This document shows, in pieces, positions 42,113-51,222 of a DNA stretch of 64,000 bases; within the stretch, counting starts at the first letter, position 1; each line of letters begins with the position of its first letter. The notes below the pieces were generated by a model that searched no databases, was not told the origin of the DNA, and saw only the letters and a program-made list of their open reading frames with translations. The DNA is from Planctomycetota bacterium (lineage in GTDB: Bacteria; Planctomycetota; PLA2; JAEUHO01), in assembly GCA_965223505.1 (NCBI GenBank), contig CBDCWP010000039.1, forward strand, positions 160,001-224,000, read 5' to 3'. The position numbers were made by a program, and so were the translations under genes.

Positions 42113-42991
42113 ATGCGAATCTCTCTGTTGCTGCTCGCGCTCTTGATCGTCCTTCCCTCGTGCGGAGAGGAGGACCAAGCGCCGGCGGCGTCGCGTTCCG
42201 TATTGCTGCGCTACAAGTTCGAAGACCAGACCCTGCGCTACAAGACGACCGTGGAGACGATCACGTCGAACCCCATGGGGGGCGAGTTCAGGATGACCCT
42301 GTCATCGGTCGATCAGCACGTGCTGAAAGCCAAGCCCGAGGGCGGCGGGTTCGCGGAGGTCACCCGGAGCGAGTTCGATCAGCAGTCCAACATGTTCGAC
42401 AAGCTCCGGGAGTCGGGCATGGAAGTGCCCGACATGGACGAGATGCTCGGTTCGTTCGAGGGCGTCGTATTCCGGATGCACATGACCGAGCGTGGTCGCA
42501 TCGAGAAGGTCGAAGGGCTGGACGAAGCGATGGAGAAGATGGTCGCTTCCATGGACCCCATGGCGGCACAGATGCTGAAGTCGATGTTCAGCGACGATGC
42601 GATGGATCGCATGATGAAGCAGTCGCAGGTGGTGTTTCCCGAGGAAGCCGTGGAGCCGGGTGCGAAGTGGTCGCACGAGGGCGTCATCGGAGCGCCGATG
42701 GGCGGCGAGGGTGAGATGGCCATCGAGACGAAGATGCTTCTGCGCAAGATCGAGGCGGCCGGCGGCAATCGCGTGGCGGTGATCGGACTCGAGATGACGA
42801 TCGAGGGCAAGATGACGATGATGGGCATGTCGATGTCGCAGAAGGGAACCGCGACAGGCGAGATGCGTTTCGACATCGACCTCGGCGCGCAGCGCAATCA
42901 CCACCTCGTCATGGAGACGACCTCGACGACCGCGTCGTTGCCCGAGCCGATGAAGATGACCATGGACATGAAGTCCGAGCTGCAGGAGTAG
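42113..42991 (+). CDS. Methionine-rich lipoprotein (DUF6263-like)
   Basis: Lipobox LPSC; LRYKF, FPEEAVEPGAKW, FDIDLG motifs. Confidence 0.7.
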   Translation: MRISLLLLALLIVLPSCGEEDQAPAASRSVLLRYKFEDQTLRYKTTVETITSNPMGGEFRMTLSSVDQHVLKAKPEGGGFAEVTRSEFDQQSNMFDKLRESGMEVPDMDEMLGSFEGVVFRMHMTERGRIEKVEGLDEAMEKMVASMDPMAAQMLKSMFSDDAMDRMMKQSQVVFPEEAVEPGAKWSHEGVIGAPMGGEGEMAIETKMLLRKIEAAGGNRVAVIGLEMTIEGKMTMMGMSMSQKGTATGEMRFDIDLGAQRNHHLVMETTSTTASLPEPMKMTMDMKSELQE

Positions 42992-42994
42992 CCG

Positions 42995-43420
42995 GTGGCC
43001 AACCCCGAGCTCGAGCGGCTGCTCGGCGCGACCGTGCCGTTCGCCAAGGACATGGTGGAGAAGTACGGGGAGTTCTATCCCTACGGGGCGGCGCTGCAGA
43101 CGGACGAGCAGGTCGGCCTTCTTCAGGGCGGCCCGGAGGGCGAGAATCCGCCGGTGCAGGCCGTGCTCGACGCGGTGATCGAGGGGCTGCGCCAAGCCGC
43201 GGGAGAGGGCCGCATCCGCGCGAGCGCCGTCTGCATCGACATGCGCGTGACGCGTCCCGGCGAGACGGAGAAGACGAACGCGATCTGTGTGCAGCTCGAG
43301 CACGCGGAAGGCGAGGCCATCGACGTGTACGTTCCGTACAGCAAGCAAAGCGAGGGCGAGGTCGCGTTCGGCGAGATGTTCGCGGGCCCCGGCGAGGCGC
43401 GCATCTTCGGCGGTGCGTAG
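42995..43420 (+). CDS. Hypothetical protein
   Basis: 141 aa; GEFYPYGA...LEHAEG...YVPY looks like a conserved-hypothetical pattern. Confidence 0.75.
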   Translation: MANPELERLLGATVPFAKDMVEKYGEFYPYGAALQTDEQVGLLQGGPEGENPPVQAVLDAVIEGLRQAAGEGRIRASAVCIDMRVTRPGETEKTNAICVQLEHAEGEAIDVYVPYSKQSEGEVAFGEMFAGPGEARIFGGA

Positions 43421-43463
43421 CGGTCGCGTGCTCGAGAGCCCGCCGGGGCAGCCGTTCAGATGT

Positions 43464-45251
43464 TCACGACGCGCGAGGTCGCGCGATGCCCAGCCGCTTC
43501 ATCCGCGACTCGAGGGTCGTCGGTTTGACGTCGAGCAGCGCGGCCGCACCGTGCTTTCCGCTCACGCGCCACCCGGTCCGCTGCAACGCCTCGAGGATGT
43601 GTTCTCGCTCGGACTGCTGCAGCGTCTGCAGGTCCGGATCGATCGGCCGGGACGCTCGCGGCAGCCAGTCTCCGGCCTCGAGGCGCCCGCGCGAACTGAG
43701 GATGATCCCGCGTTCGATCACGTTTTGCAGCTCCCGTACGTTGCCCGGCCACGGATACGCCACGAGCGAGCTCATGACCTCGGCAGGAATCGCCTCGACG
43801 TGCGTATTCACCTTGTCGCCGAGCAGCGCCAGGAAGTGGTCGACGAGCAGCGGGATGTCCCGGATGCGATCCCGCAGCGGGGGAATCTCGATGGGAACCA
43901 CGTTGAGCCGATAGTAGAGGTCCGCACGGAACTCGTTGCGCTCCACGGCCTCCGCCAGATCCTTGTTCGTCGCCGCCACGACGCGCACGTCGCACTCGAT
44001 CGTCTTGGCGCCGCCGACCCGTTCGAACGCACCGGTCTGCAGCACCCGCAGAAGCTTGGCTTGCAGGTCGAGCGGCAGATCGCCGATCTCGTCCAGAAAG
44101 ATCGTGCCTCCGTTGGCGACCTCGAACCGGCCCAGACGTCGCGCGAGAGCGCCCGTAAACGCGCCCTTCTCGTGACCGAACAGCTCGCTCTCGATCACGC
44201 CGGCGGGAAGCGCCGCACAGTTCACCGTCACCAGGAGCTCGTCCTTCGCCTCGCTGAGATCGTGAATGGCTCGAGCGACCAGTTCCTTGCCGGTACCGGT
44301 TTCGCCGCTGATCAAGACCGTGGAGTTGGTGGCCGCGACACGCTCGATCGTCCGAATGACCGCTCGAATGCCCGTGGACTCGCCGATGATGCCCCGGAAC
44401 TCGGAACGGCGGCCGACCTGCTCCCGCAGGATCACGTTCTCCCTTCGCAACCGGTCGATCTGTTCCTCCGCGAGCCTGCGGTCGTTCACGTCGCGCATGA
44501 TGAGTGTGAATAGCTTCTCACCTTGGAGCGTCGCCTGCGCCAATGTCGCCTCGATCGAAAACGCGTCCCCATGGGCGCGAAGCGCAGTGAGGTTCTCGGA
44601 TTCGCACAGATACGCGCTCTCGCAACCGTTCGAGTCGAACGCTGCCGTGCGTCGGTCCAGGGCCTCCCGTAGCGAGGTGGAGGCAAAGCGCGTGAACGAC
44701 TGCCCCACGGCGATCCGGGCGGGACATCCGAAGAGCGTTTCGGCTGCCGCATTGAACAACCGAATGTCGTACTGGTCGTCGAAGACGATGATCGCGTCCA
44801 TCGCCGAGTCGATGACGGTCGACAGCCGCGTCTGACTTTCGCGGAGCGCCTCCTCCGCCCGCTTGCGCTCCGTGACGTCTTGCAAGACGATCGTCACCGC
44901 TCTGGTCGTCCCGCTCGCGGACTTGAGCGGGTGACAGCTGACCAGACACACCATCCGCGTAACAGGAACGGTCGGTCGAAGACCGTCCATCTCCAGATTC
45001 AGCACCGGCTCGCCGGAGTCGATCACGGACCGCAAGAGGGACTCGACCGGGCCGACGAGGTCGTTCGGAATCAGCGTTCGTACCTCTCGGCCGATGTGCT
45101 CGGACGCGGGGATGCCATGCATTGACGCAAACAGGTCGTTCGCACGCAGGACTCGCAGATTCCGGTCAATCAGCCCGAGGGCCACGGGGGCGCTGCGATA
45201 GAGATGATCCATCTCCGCCAGCTGCTCGTCGGCATCGGCGTGGGATTTCAT
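43464..45251 (-). CDS. PAS-PAS sigma-54 enhancer-binding protein (FhlA-like C-terminus)
   Basis: Two PAS-like regions; [53 protein letters not shown]. Confidence 0.92.
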   Translation of the reverse strand: MKSHADADEQLAEMDHLYRSAPVALGLIDRNLRVLRANDLFASMHGIPASEHIGREVRTLIPNDLVGPVESLLRSVIDSGEPVLNLEMDGLRPTVPVTRMVCLVSCHPLKSASGTTRAVTIVLQDVTERKRAEEALRESQTRLSTVIDSAMDAIIVFDDQYDIRLFNAAAETLFGCPARIAVGQSFTRFASTSLREALDRRTAAFDSNGCESAYLCESENLTALRAHGDAFSIEATLAQATLQGEKLFTLIMRDVNDRRLAEEQIDRLRRENVILREQVGRRSEFRGIIGESTGIRAVIRTIERVAATNSTVLISGETGTGKELVARAIHDLSEAKDELLVTVNCAALPAGVIESELFGHEKGAFTGALARRLGRFEVANGGTIFLDEIGDLPLDLQAKLLRVLQTGAFERVGGAKTIECDVRVVAATNKDLAEAVERNEFRADLYYRLNVVPIEIPPLRDRIRDIPLLVDHFLALLGDKVNTHVEAIPAEVMSSLVAYPWPGNVRELQNVIERGIILSSRGRLEAGDWLPRASRPIDPDLQTLQQSEREHILEALQRTGWRVSGKHGAAALLDVKPTTLESRMKRLGIARPRAS

Positions 45252-45484
45252 GTCGCCAACTCTCTGCGCCCGCAGCCGGCAGGAGGATAGCCCCGGCCGG
45301 GCCGGACGTCGGGAACTTCACGGAATGTCAGGAGCGGACGTGGCCAACCGGCCCGCGCGCGAACCGGAGCCCAGCCGTCAGGGCCGTACGGCCCGTTGGG
45401 AGTCCCCGTGAATTGGGCGCCGCTCCCGGACCACACGACGATGGTCCCGCGACGACGGTCCCGAGTCGGGAGTACTCGCGCGAC

Positions 45485-45500
45485 CGGCATTGCATGTGCA
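45485..45500 (+). promoter_or_regulatory. Possible sigma-54 promoter divergent from the PAS activator
   Basis: CGGCAT-TGCAT-GTGCA with GG-N10-GC spacing, 50 nt upstream of ATG 45550. Confidence 0.45.
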
Positions 45501-45549
45501 AAAGCTGCGGACCGACGCACCGGGCTGCGGACGGGGGCGGAGATTCAGC

Positions 45550-46026
45550 ATGGCTCGACCCACTCTCTCACCCCACATGATCGTCGCGATGGTCCTCTTG
45601 ACTCTCGCGACCGCGACACTTTCGGAAGCGGCGCGGCCGGCGCGTACGCCCGTTACCGTCGTCGAGAACTTCGACGATCCCGCGGACGCGGGCCCGGTCG
45701 ATCGTCTGGTCATCGGCACCAAGAACGCGACGGCGACGCTCGACGGTGGCGAGATCGCTTCGCAAGCGTGGGTCTTCCCCGGCGGCGTGCAGGGGACCAT
45801 CGATTGGAAGAAGGCCGCATCGAAGGTCTCGTTCACCGCCAGCCTCAACGGCGGCGTCGGATTCGTCTATCTGCTCGGGCGCCGCGACGAGGTGCTCACG
45901 AGACTCACCATCGAGAGCGTCGAGAAGCGGTTCAGCTTCGAGTCCGAAGCCGGTGTGCACAGTGCGATGATCGTTCACCTGGGTTCGACCATCGTGATCG
46001 ATGACCTGGAGTACACGGTTCCGTAG
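45550..46026 (+). CDS. Secreted hypothetical protein
   Basis: GGAG RBS; signal peptide ending SEA; beta-rich (ENFDD...IDDLEY). Confidence 0.65.
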   Translation: MARPTLSPHMIVAMVLLTLATATLSEAARPARTPVTVVENFDDPADAGPVDRLVIGTKNATATLDGGEIASQAWVFPGGVQGTIDWKKAASKVSFTASLNGGVGFVYLLGRRDEVLTRLTIESVEKRFSFESEAGVHSAMIVHLGSTIVIDDLEYTVP

Positions 46027-46171
46027 ACGGCTCCCCGCGAAATCGTCGCGACCGGCATGGCGGCCCACCAAGGGGCCGGGGCGGCGCGAACGTCTCTTCT
46101 CATTCTTCCGCGAGCGACGGATCCGTTGGATCCGCGCAGCTCGCATGGTTTCAAAACGGAGATGATCCAAC

Positions 46172-46657
46172 ATGCATTCGATACGCAAGACCGCGGCACT
46201 TCTCGGCGGCATCGCGCTGCTGCTCACCCTGGGAACACACTTCGTCGTAGGCGATGCCCAGGCCGCGAAACCCCTCTCCAGTGGAGCCGCCGAGCTCCAT
46301 CAGATCGGCGGCTCCGGCATCAGGGCCAAGATCACGTTCACGGACAACGGCAACACGCTCAGTGTCCGCGGCCGGGCGACCGGGATGGACCCGACCGTTC
46401 CGTACATTTCCCTCGTCTACGATGCCGGCGCCAAGCCCTCCGGCCCCTCGGCATGTCTCCCGGCGACGCCCGGCATGTTGTCCCAGATTCAGATGTTCGT
46501 GGGCGCCTGGGTGGTCGACGCCGAAGGCAACGGCGTGCTCATCGCGGACAAGTCCGGTCTCTCATACGTCGCGCTCGGTGACCTGGGTGCGATGTCCGTT
46601 CGGAACGCCATCACGCGCTCCCTCCACGCCTGCGGAAAGACCCACGGCCTGCCGTAG
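46172..46657 (+). CDS. Secreted hypothetical protein
   Basis: Signal peptide ending AQA; SGIRAKITFTDNG...ATGMDP...ACG. Confidence 0.7.
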   Translation: MHSIRKTAALLGGIALLLTLGTHFVVGDAQAAKPLSSGAAELHQIGGSGIRAKITFTDNGNTLSVRGRATGMDPTVPYISLVYDAGAKPSGPSACLPATPGMLSQIQMFVGAWVVDAEGNGVLIADKSGLSYVALGDLGAMSVRNAITRSLHACGKTHGLP

Positions 46658-46892
46658 GTGAACCTCCGATCGGTAGCCGACGCGGGTCCGCGGGCGCGGC
46701 CCTGCCCGCGCCGGCATGCCGACGGTCTGCGCCGTCGCCACGGCGCCCGAGCCGCCGGGAGAGCGCGCCTGGAGTGAACTCGGTTCCTCCAAACGAACCG
46801 TTGCTCTGGCGCGCCGACTGCGCAGAATGGTAGTGGCGGTACGGCTCCGACCACGGCCGCGCGGCGAACCCGGCGGCCGGCTTGGAGATCAC

Positions 46893-47984
46893 ATGAAGCG
46901 CGGCTGCTTGCTCGTCCTGGCTCTCGGGGCGTGCCTCTTCGGTTGCGGCGGCAGCGGCGGTACGGGTGCAGTACCGGCCGGACCGACCGCTTGGCGCATC
47001 GTTGGCATGAACGGCAGCCGCACGGCGCCGGAGCTGGGCGCGTACACGGGTGTGCTCCAGCCCGATGGTGCCGGCAGCTACACCCTGTTGGCCGACACGA
47101 ACGAGAGCGGCGTGATCTCGACGGGCGTTTCATTGTCGAACGTCGATTTCCACGTGACCCCGTCCGGCGACGCACACATGGGGATCGGCGGAGCCGGAGT
47201 CATCGGCGAGGGCGTCCGGTCAGCCGACGGACAACTGGTCGCGCTCACCCGGCTCGCTGCCGGGGGTGATCCCGGCCTCGATTTCCTCGTACCGAGGGTC
47301 GCGGGTGCGACGCTCGGCTCGATGTCCGGCACCTGGCGCTACGTTGCCTACGCCTTCGATCCGTCGGGTCCGGACAACACGAGCGCGCTGGGCTTCCTCA
47401 CATTCGACGGGGCCGGTGCGTTCACGGGGACGTCGACATCCAACGAGGACGGCGCCCTCAGCTCGAGCACGACGGGCGGGACGTACAGCGTGACGGCGGA
47501 CGGCACCCTGGAGCTGAACTTCTTCGGGCTGATTGTCATGCGCGGCGGCGTCTCTCCGTCCGGCGAGGTCGCCATCGTCGCAGGCTCAGTTGGCGGCTCT
47601 TCGTCGTTCCCAGCGCTGTTCGTTCTCGTCCGGCCGGCCGGCGGAACATCGGCCTCGGATCTCTCGGGGGTGTACAGCCGGATTGCATTCGACAACCGGT
47701 ACGCCTCCTCCGAGTACGTCAGCGGGATCGGGGTCTTCGGCGCCGACGGCGGTGGGAACTACATGCTGAGCAACGTCCGGCAGAACACGGAAGGCCTGAT
47801 CGCCGCTTCAAGCGGCCTGAATGGGACGTACACGCTCGGTGTCGACGGGACGCTGATCATCAAGCTGCCCGGCCTCGATCCGCTCTACACAGGTTCGCTC
47901 TCGACAGGGGGCGACATCGCGATCTCGGCCGGCGGGCTGCAATCCGGGTTGCCCGGCCATCTCGAGGTCGTCATCCGGCGCTGA
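46893..47984 (+). CDS. Lipoprotein with three internal beta-rich repeats
   Basis: GGAG RBS; lipobox LFGC; three repeats of DGxG...N.(D/E/S)G...GTY..DG. Confidence 0.75.
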   Translation: MKRGCLLVLALGACLFGCGGSGGTGAVPAGPTAWRIVGMNGSRTAPELGAYTGVLQPDGAGSYTLLADTNESGVISTGVSLSNVDFHVTPSGDAHMGIGGAGVIGEGVRSADGQLVALTRLAAGGDPGLDFLVPRVAGATLGSMSGTWRYVAYAFDPSGPDNTSALGFLTFDGAGAFTGTSTSNEDGALSSSTTGGTYSVTADGTLELNFFGLIVMRGGVSPSGEVAIVAGSVGGSSSFPALFVLVRPAGGTSASDLSGVYSRIAFDNRYASSEYVSGIGVFGADGGGNYMLSNVRQNTEGLIAASSGLNGTYTLGVDGTLIIKLPGLDPLYTGSLSTGGDIAISAGGLQSGLPGHLEVVIRR

Positions 47985-47991
47985 GCGGCGT

Positions 47992-48969
47992 TCACTCCGA
48001 CGCCGAGCCCACTTCTCGTTCGCCGCTGCAGCAGGCCACGATGCGTGTGACGTGCCGCAGGTCCGTGCCGCAGCAACCACCAACGACACGCAGGTTCGGC
48101 AGCAGCGCCGCCAGCTCGACGTGGTGCGCTGCCAGCTCTTCGGGGTCGCCCTCGTCCAGCGTGGGGGACTCGTCCAGCTCGGCGTGGCTCTTGCGCGATG
48201 CGTTGGCGCGGAGCATGCCGATGCGCTCCGTCCACGATCCGCCAGAACGCAGCGTCTCGATGAAATGGGTCGGATGCGCGCAGTTGATGCCGAAGTACGC
48301 GACGGCGCCGGGCGCCTCGCGATCGACCTCTTCGATGGCCGCGGCGAGCGTCTCGCCCGATGGCAGCCGACCGTCGGTCTCGACGGTGAAGCTCAGGACG
48401 CACGGCATCCCGCGCTTCGAGCAGGCATGTGCGATGCCGACGGCCTCGGCGGCCGTCGTCAGCGTGAGTGCCGTCACGGCGTCGGTGCCGGCTTCGGCGA
48501 GCGATTCCACCTGCGGCTGGTGGTAGTCGCGGGCTTGTGCCGCGTCCATGCGCTGCGTGCCGTCATAGCCGTCGTAGCGGGGGCCGAGGTTGCCGCTGAT
48601 GACGAAGCGGTCCGCAGGCAACCCGGCCCGCAGTCGCAGATCCTGCAACAGCCCGACCGCGCGGTGGTTGATGCGGCTGCGGCCGATCTCGTCGTAGCCG
48701 AGGCGCTCGGCCCAGTCCGGGTTGATGCGCCAGGTCGTGGTTTCGAGCACGACGCCGTGCCCGCTCTCGCGTGCGAGTTCGACGAAGGACTCGTAGTAGG
48801 TCGTCAGGCGCCGGCGGCCTTCGGCCGTCTCCAGCAGGACGGCGGCGCTGAAGTGGGGTAGCTCGATCCCGTCCTTGAAGACGAGCTCGGTCTCGAGGCC
48901 GGCATCGGTGAGGAATCGCCGGCCCGGCTGCGGCAGCGGTACGCGGGAGGTGGGGGTGGAGGGCAGCAC
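47992..48969 (-). CDS. Homocysteine S-methyltransferase family protein
   Basis: GGAG then GTG 48969; TDAGLET, GPRYDGY, SFTVETDG, GINCAHP, GGCCGT Zn ligands. Confidence 0.9.
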   Translation of the reverse strand: MLPSTPTSRVPLPQPGRRFLTDAGLETELVFKDGIELPHFSAAVLLETAEGRRRLTTYYESFVELARESGHGVVLETTTWRINPDWAERLGYDEIGRSRINHRAVGLLQDLRLRAGLPADRFVISGNLGPRYDGYDGTQRMDAAQARDYHQPQVESLAEAGTDAVTALTLTTAAEAVGIAHACSKRGMPCVLSFTVETDGRLPSGETLAAAIEEVDREAPGAVAYFGINCAHPTHFIETLRSGGSWTERIGMLRANASRKSHAELDESPTLDEGDPEELAAHHVELAALLPNLRVVGGCCGTDLRHVTRIVACCSGEREVGSASE

Positions 48970-49177
48970 GGGGAGTCTCCTGGCAAGTGGCACGAGTCCG
49001 CCCGGGCGGGATGCCCGGCGTTCCACAAGAGCCTAGGTCCGGCGTGTGGCGATGCGCACCAACTGTAGGTGCGCCTCCAGTTGACTCGAGGTCAACCTCC
49101 GCGGCAGGTCGCGGCAGCGGCGGAAGGGAGGTTGCGCAAGCGCGAGCGGCGCACGCAGAATCGAGGGGCGATGGCGG

Positions 49178-50068
49178 ATGACGGTCTGCGCCACGCGCAG
49201 CGAGGAGGTCAGCTTGGAAATGCCGTTGGCGATGCCGCTTGGGACGTCGGAGGCCGAGGTCGCCCCGGTCTGGAAGCGACTGTCGGCCTGGGATCCGGAC
49301 GTCGAAGGCGCCGAGCTCACCTTCACGGAGCGGTTGGCTCGAGAGAACCGCTGGTCGGCGCGCCACGCGCGTCGTGTCGTTGAGGAATACCGGCGGTTTC
49401 TCTGTCTGTACCTCACCGCCGGTCATCCCGTCACGCCGTCGGACGCGGTCGATCAGGCGTGGCACCTGCACCTCCTGTACACCCGCGACTACTGGGGTGT
49501 GTTCTGCCCGGAGGTCGCGGGGCGTTTGATCCACCACGGACCGACGCGCGGTGGCGACGGCGAGCGCGGCAAGTTCACGGATTGGTACGAACGGACGCTG
49601 GAGAGCTACGAGCGGGTGTTCGGCGAACCACCGCCGCCCGACATCTGGTCGCCCGCACACACGCGCGTGGATCACACCCAGAGCTTCGTGCGCGTCTCGC
49701 TCGACGACTTCGTGCTGCTGTCGCGCCGCCGCGTGCGACGCGTCGCGCTCGTTTGCGCCGGCACGATGTTCGTGCCGTTGCTGTGCGGGTGCGTCTCGGT
49801 CTCCTCGCTGCCGGACTGGTTCTTTCCCGTCGCGTTGCTGGCGGGCTTGATCCTCATCGGACTCGTCGTCGGGATGGTGCAGCGTTCGCGCGAGCGGGCG
49901 CTCATTCGCGAGATCGATGCAACTGAAGATGCGGAGGAAAAGAAGGCGCTGCGAAAGGAGCTGCGTGCGCTTCGTCGCAAGCACGGCAAGGGGGGCGGCG
50001 CCGCCGGCGGCTGCGGCGGTTGCGGCGGCTGCGGCGGTTGCGGCGGCTGCGGCGGTTGCGGCGGTTGA
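49178..50068 (+). CDS. Glycine-rich-domain (DUF1399/TIGR04222-like) membrane protein with (CGG)6 tail
   Basis: EEYRRFL, PSDAVDQAWHLHLLYTRDY, HHGP, YERVFGE; two TMs; C-terminal CGG repeats. Confidence 0.82.
   Translation: MTVCATRSEEVSLEMPLAMPLGTSEAEVAPVWKRLSAWDPDVEGAELTFTERLARENRWSARHARRVVEEYRRFLCLYLTAGHPVTPSDAVDQAWHLHLLYTRDYWGVFCPEVAGRLIHHGPTRGGDGERGKFTDWYERTLESYERVFGEPPPPDIWSPAHTRVDHTQSFVRVSLDDFVLLSRRRVRRVALVCAGTMFVPLLCGCVSVSSLPDWFFPVALLAGLILIGLVVGMVQRSRERALIREIDATEDAEEKKALRKELRALRRKHGKGGGAAGGCGGCGGCGGCGGCGGCGG
50006..50068 (+). repeat. 9-bp tandem repeat GGCGG(C/T)TGC x6, ending in GGCGGTTGA
   Basis: Read directly from the sequence. Confidence 0.9.
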
Positions 50069-50145
50069 CGGCCGCGGGGGGCGCCGTGCCGATGTGCCTC
50101 ACGGCCGGCCCGCATGTGTCTGCGACCGCCGGACGACGCTGATCG

Positions 50146-51108
50146 TCACTCGTCGGCGCTCTGCGCCGCGGGACGCACGCTCGCGAGGACGCCGTAGTGG
50201 TCGGACAGGTCGCCGAAGGTCGTGGTACGAGGCGCGTGCACCTCGATCGCGGTGGCTTCCACCGGGTGCAGCGGCGTGGGCGACTCGCCCGCCCGGCCCG
50301 GAACCGCGCCCATGCCGAAGACATAGTCGAGCCGCTCGCGGTCGTCCTCGTCGTCGTCGTCGATGCGCGTGTTGGCCGGCGCGTCCCACGTGTAGCCCGG
50401 CGCCTCGGGATGCGCCTCCCGAAAGAGATCCACCGGGCGCCACTCGCTCTGCATCAACGCGCGATGCTCGTCCGTCTCTTCGAGCACGCCGTCGACGGTC
50501 CGTTCGCCCACGACGTTGAAATCGCCGACGAACAATCCGCATGTGCGTTCCGGGTCGACCGTGCGCGCTAGGAAACGCTGCATGAAGCGCTCGCACTCCT
50601 GGAGCTGCCTCGCTCGAACCTCCGGGTGGGGATCGCGAATCGTGTGGTCGCTTTGCAGGTGCGTTTGAAACACACCAAGCGTCGCATCGTCACCCCAGCG
50701 TTCACCGACATCGAGCGCCGCGCCGAACACGCCCTTGTCGGTGAAGTAGTCGGACGTGAAGGGCGCCGTCGCATCGAACTCGCGGAACCCGTGCCACGGT
50801 ACGTCGCCTCGTTCACGAATGGGGAAGCGCGACGCGAAGAACAAGCCGCTGTCTTCGTCGAAGCTGAACCAGGTGCCGTCGTGACACTTCGGCACCTGGT
50901 GTGGGAAAGCTCCGTCGAGGGTCTGAACGAGCAAACTGCGGACGTCTTCGTTGAACACCTCTTGGAGGCATACGACGTCCACCACCGGCTGCATCCCGAG
51001 GATGTTCTCCGCGATGACAGCGGCGCGCATCACGTCGTCCGCGTCGCCGAACGGCGAGGGCAGGATCTTCACGTTATAGGCGAGTACACGAATCGGTTCC
51101 CCAGTCAC
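50146..51108 (-). CDS. Sphingomyelinase-like EEP (endonuclease/exonuclease/phosphatase) family protein
   Basis: YNV, LQEVF, DSGL, KGV, THLQS, GDFN, RLDYVF, LSDHYGV. Confidence 0.85.
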   Translation of the reverse strand: MTGEPIRVLAYNVKILPSPFGDADDVMRAAVIAENILGMQPVVDVVCLQEVFNEDVRSLLVQTLDGAFPHQVPKCHDGTWFSFDEDSGLFFASRFPIRERGDVPWHGFREFDATAPFTSDYFTDKGVFGAALDVGERWGDDATLGVFQTHLQSDHTIRDPHPEVRARQLQECERFMQRFLARTVDPERTCGLFVGDFNVVGERTVDGVLEETDEHRALMQSEWRPVDLFREAHPEAPGYTWDAPANTRIDDDDEDDRERLDYVFGMGAVPGRAGESPTPLHPVEATAIEVHAPRTTTFGDLSDHYGVLASVRPAAQSADE

Positions 51109-51222
51109 CTCACACCTCCGACAACGGGTGCGAGCATAGCGGCGGGAGCGCTCATTTGCGCGCCAGACTGCAAATCCGTATGCTCACGGCTACTGGTGTA
51201 GCGACTGATCGAGGGAAAGCGT

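Noticed and set aside
48988..49004. TGGCACG as a sigma-54 promoter for the CGG-tail gene
   Set aside because: The GC lies 9 rather than 10 nt after GG and there is no TTGC-like -12 box
50066..50068. TGA in the Cys position of the CGG repeat as selenocysteine
   Set aside because: No recognisable bacterial SECIS, and proteins of this family commonly end in a CGG-type tail
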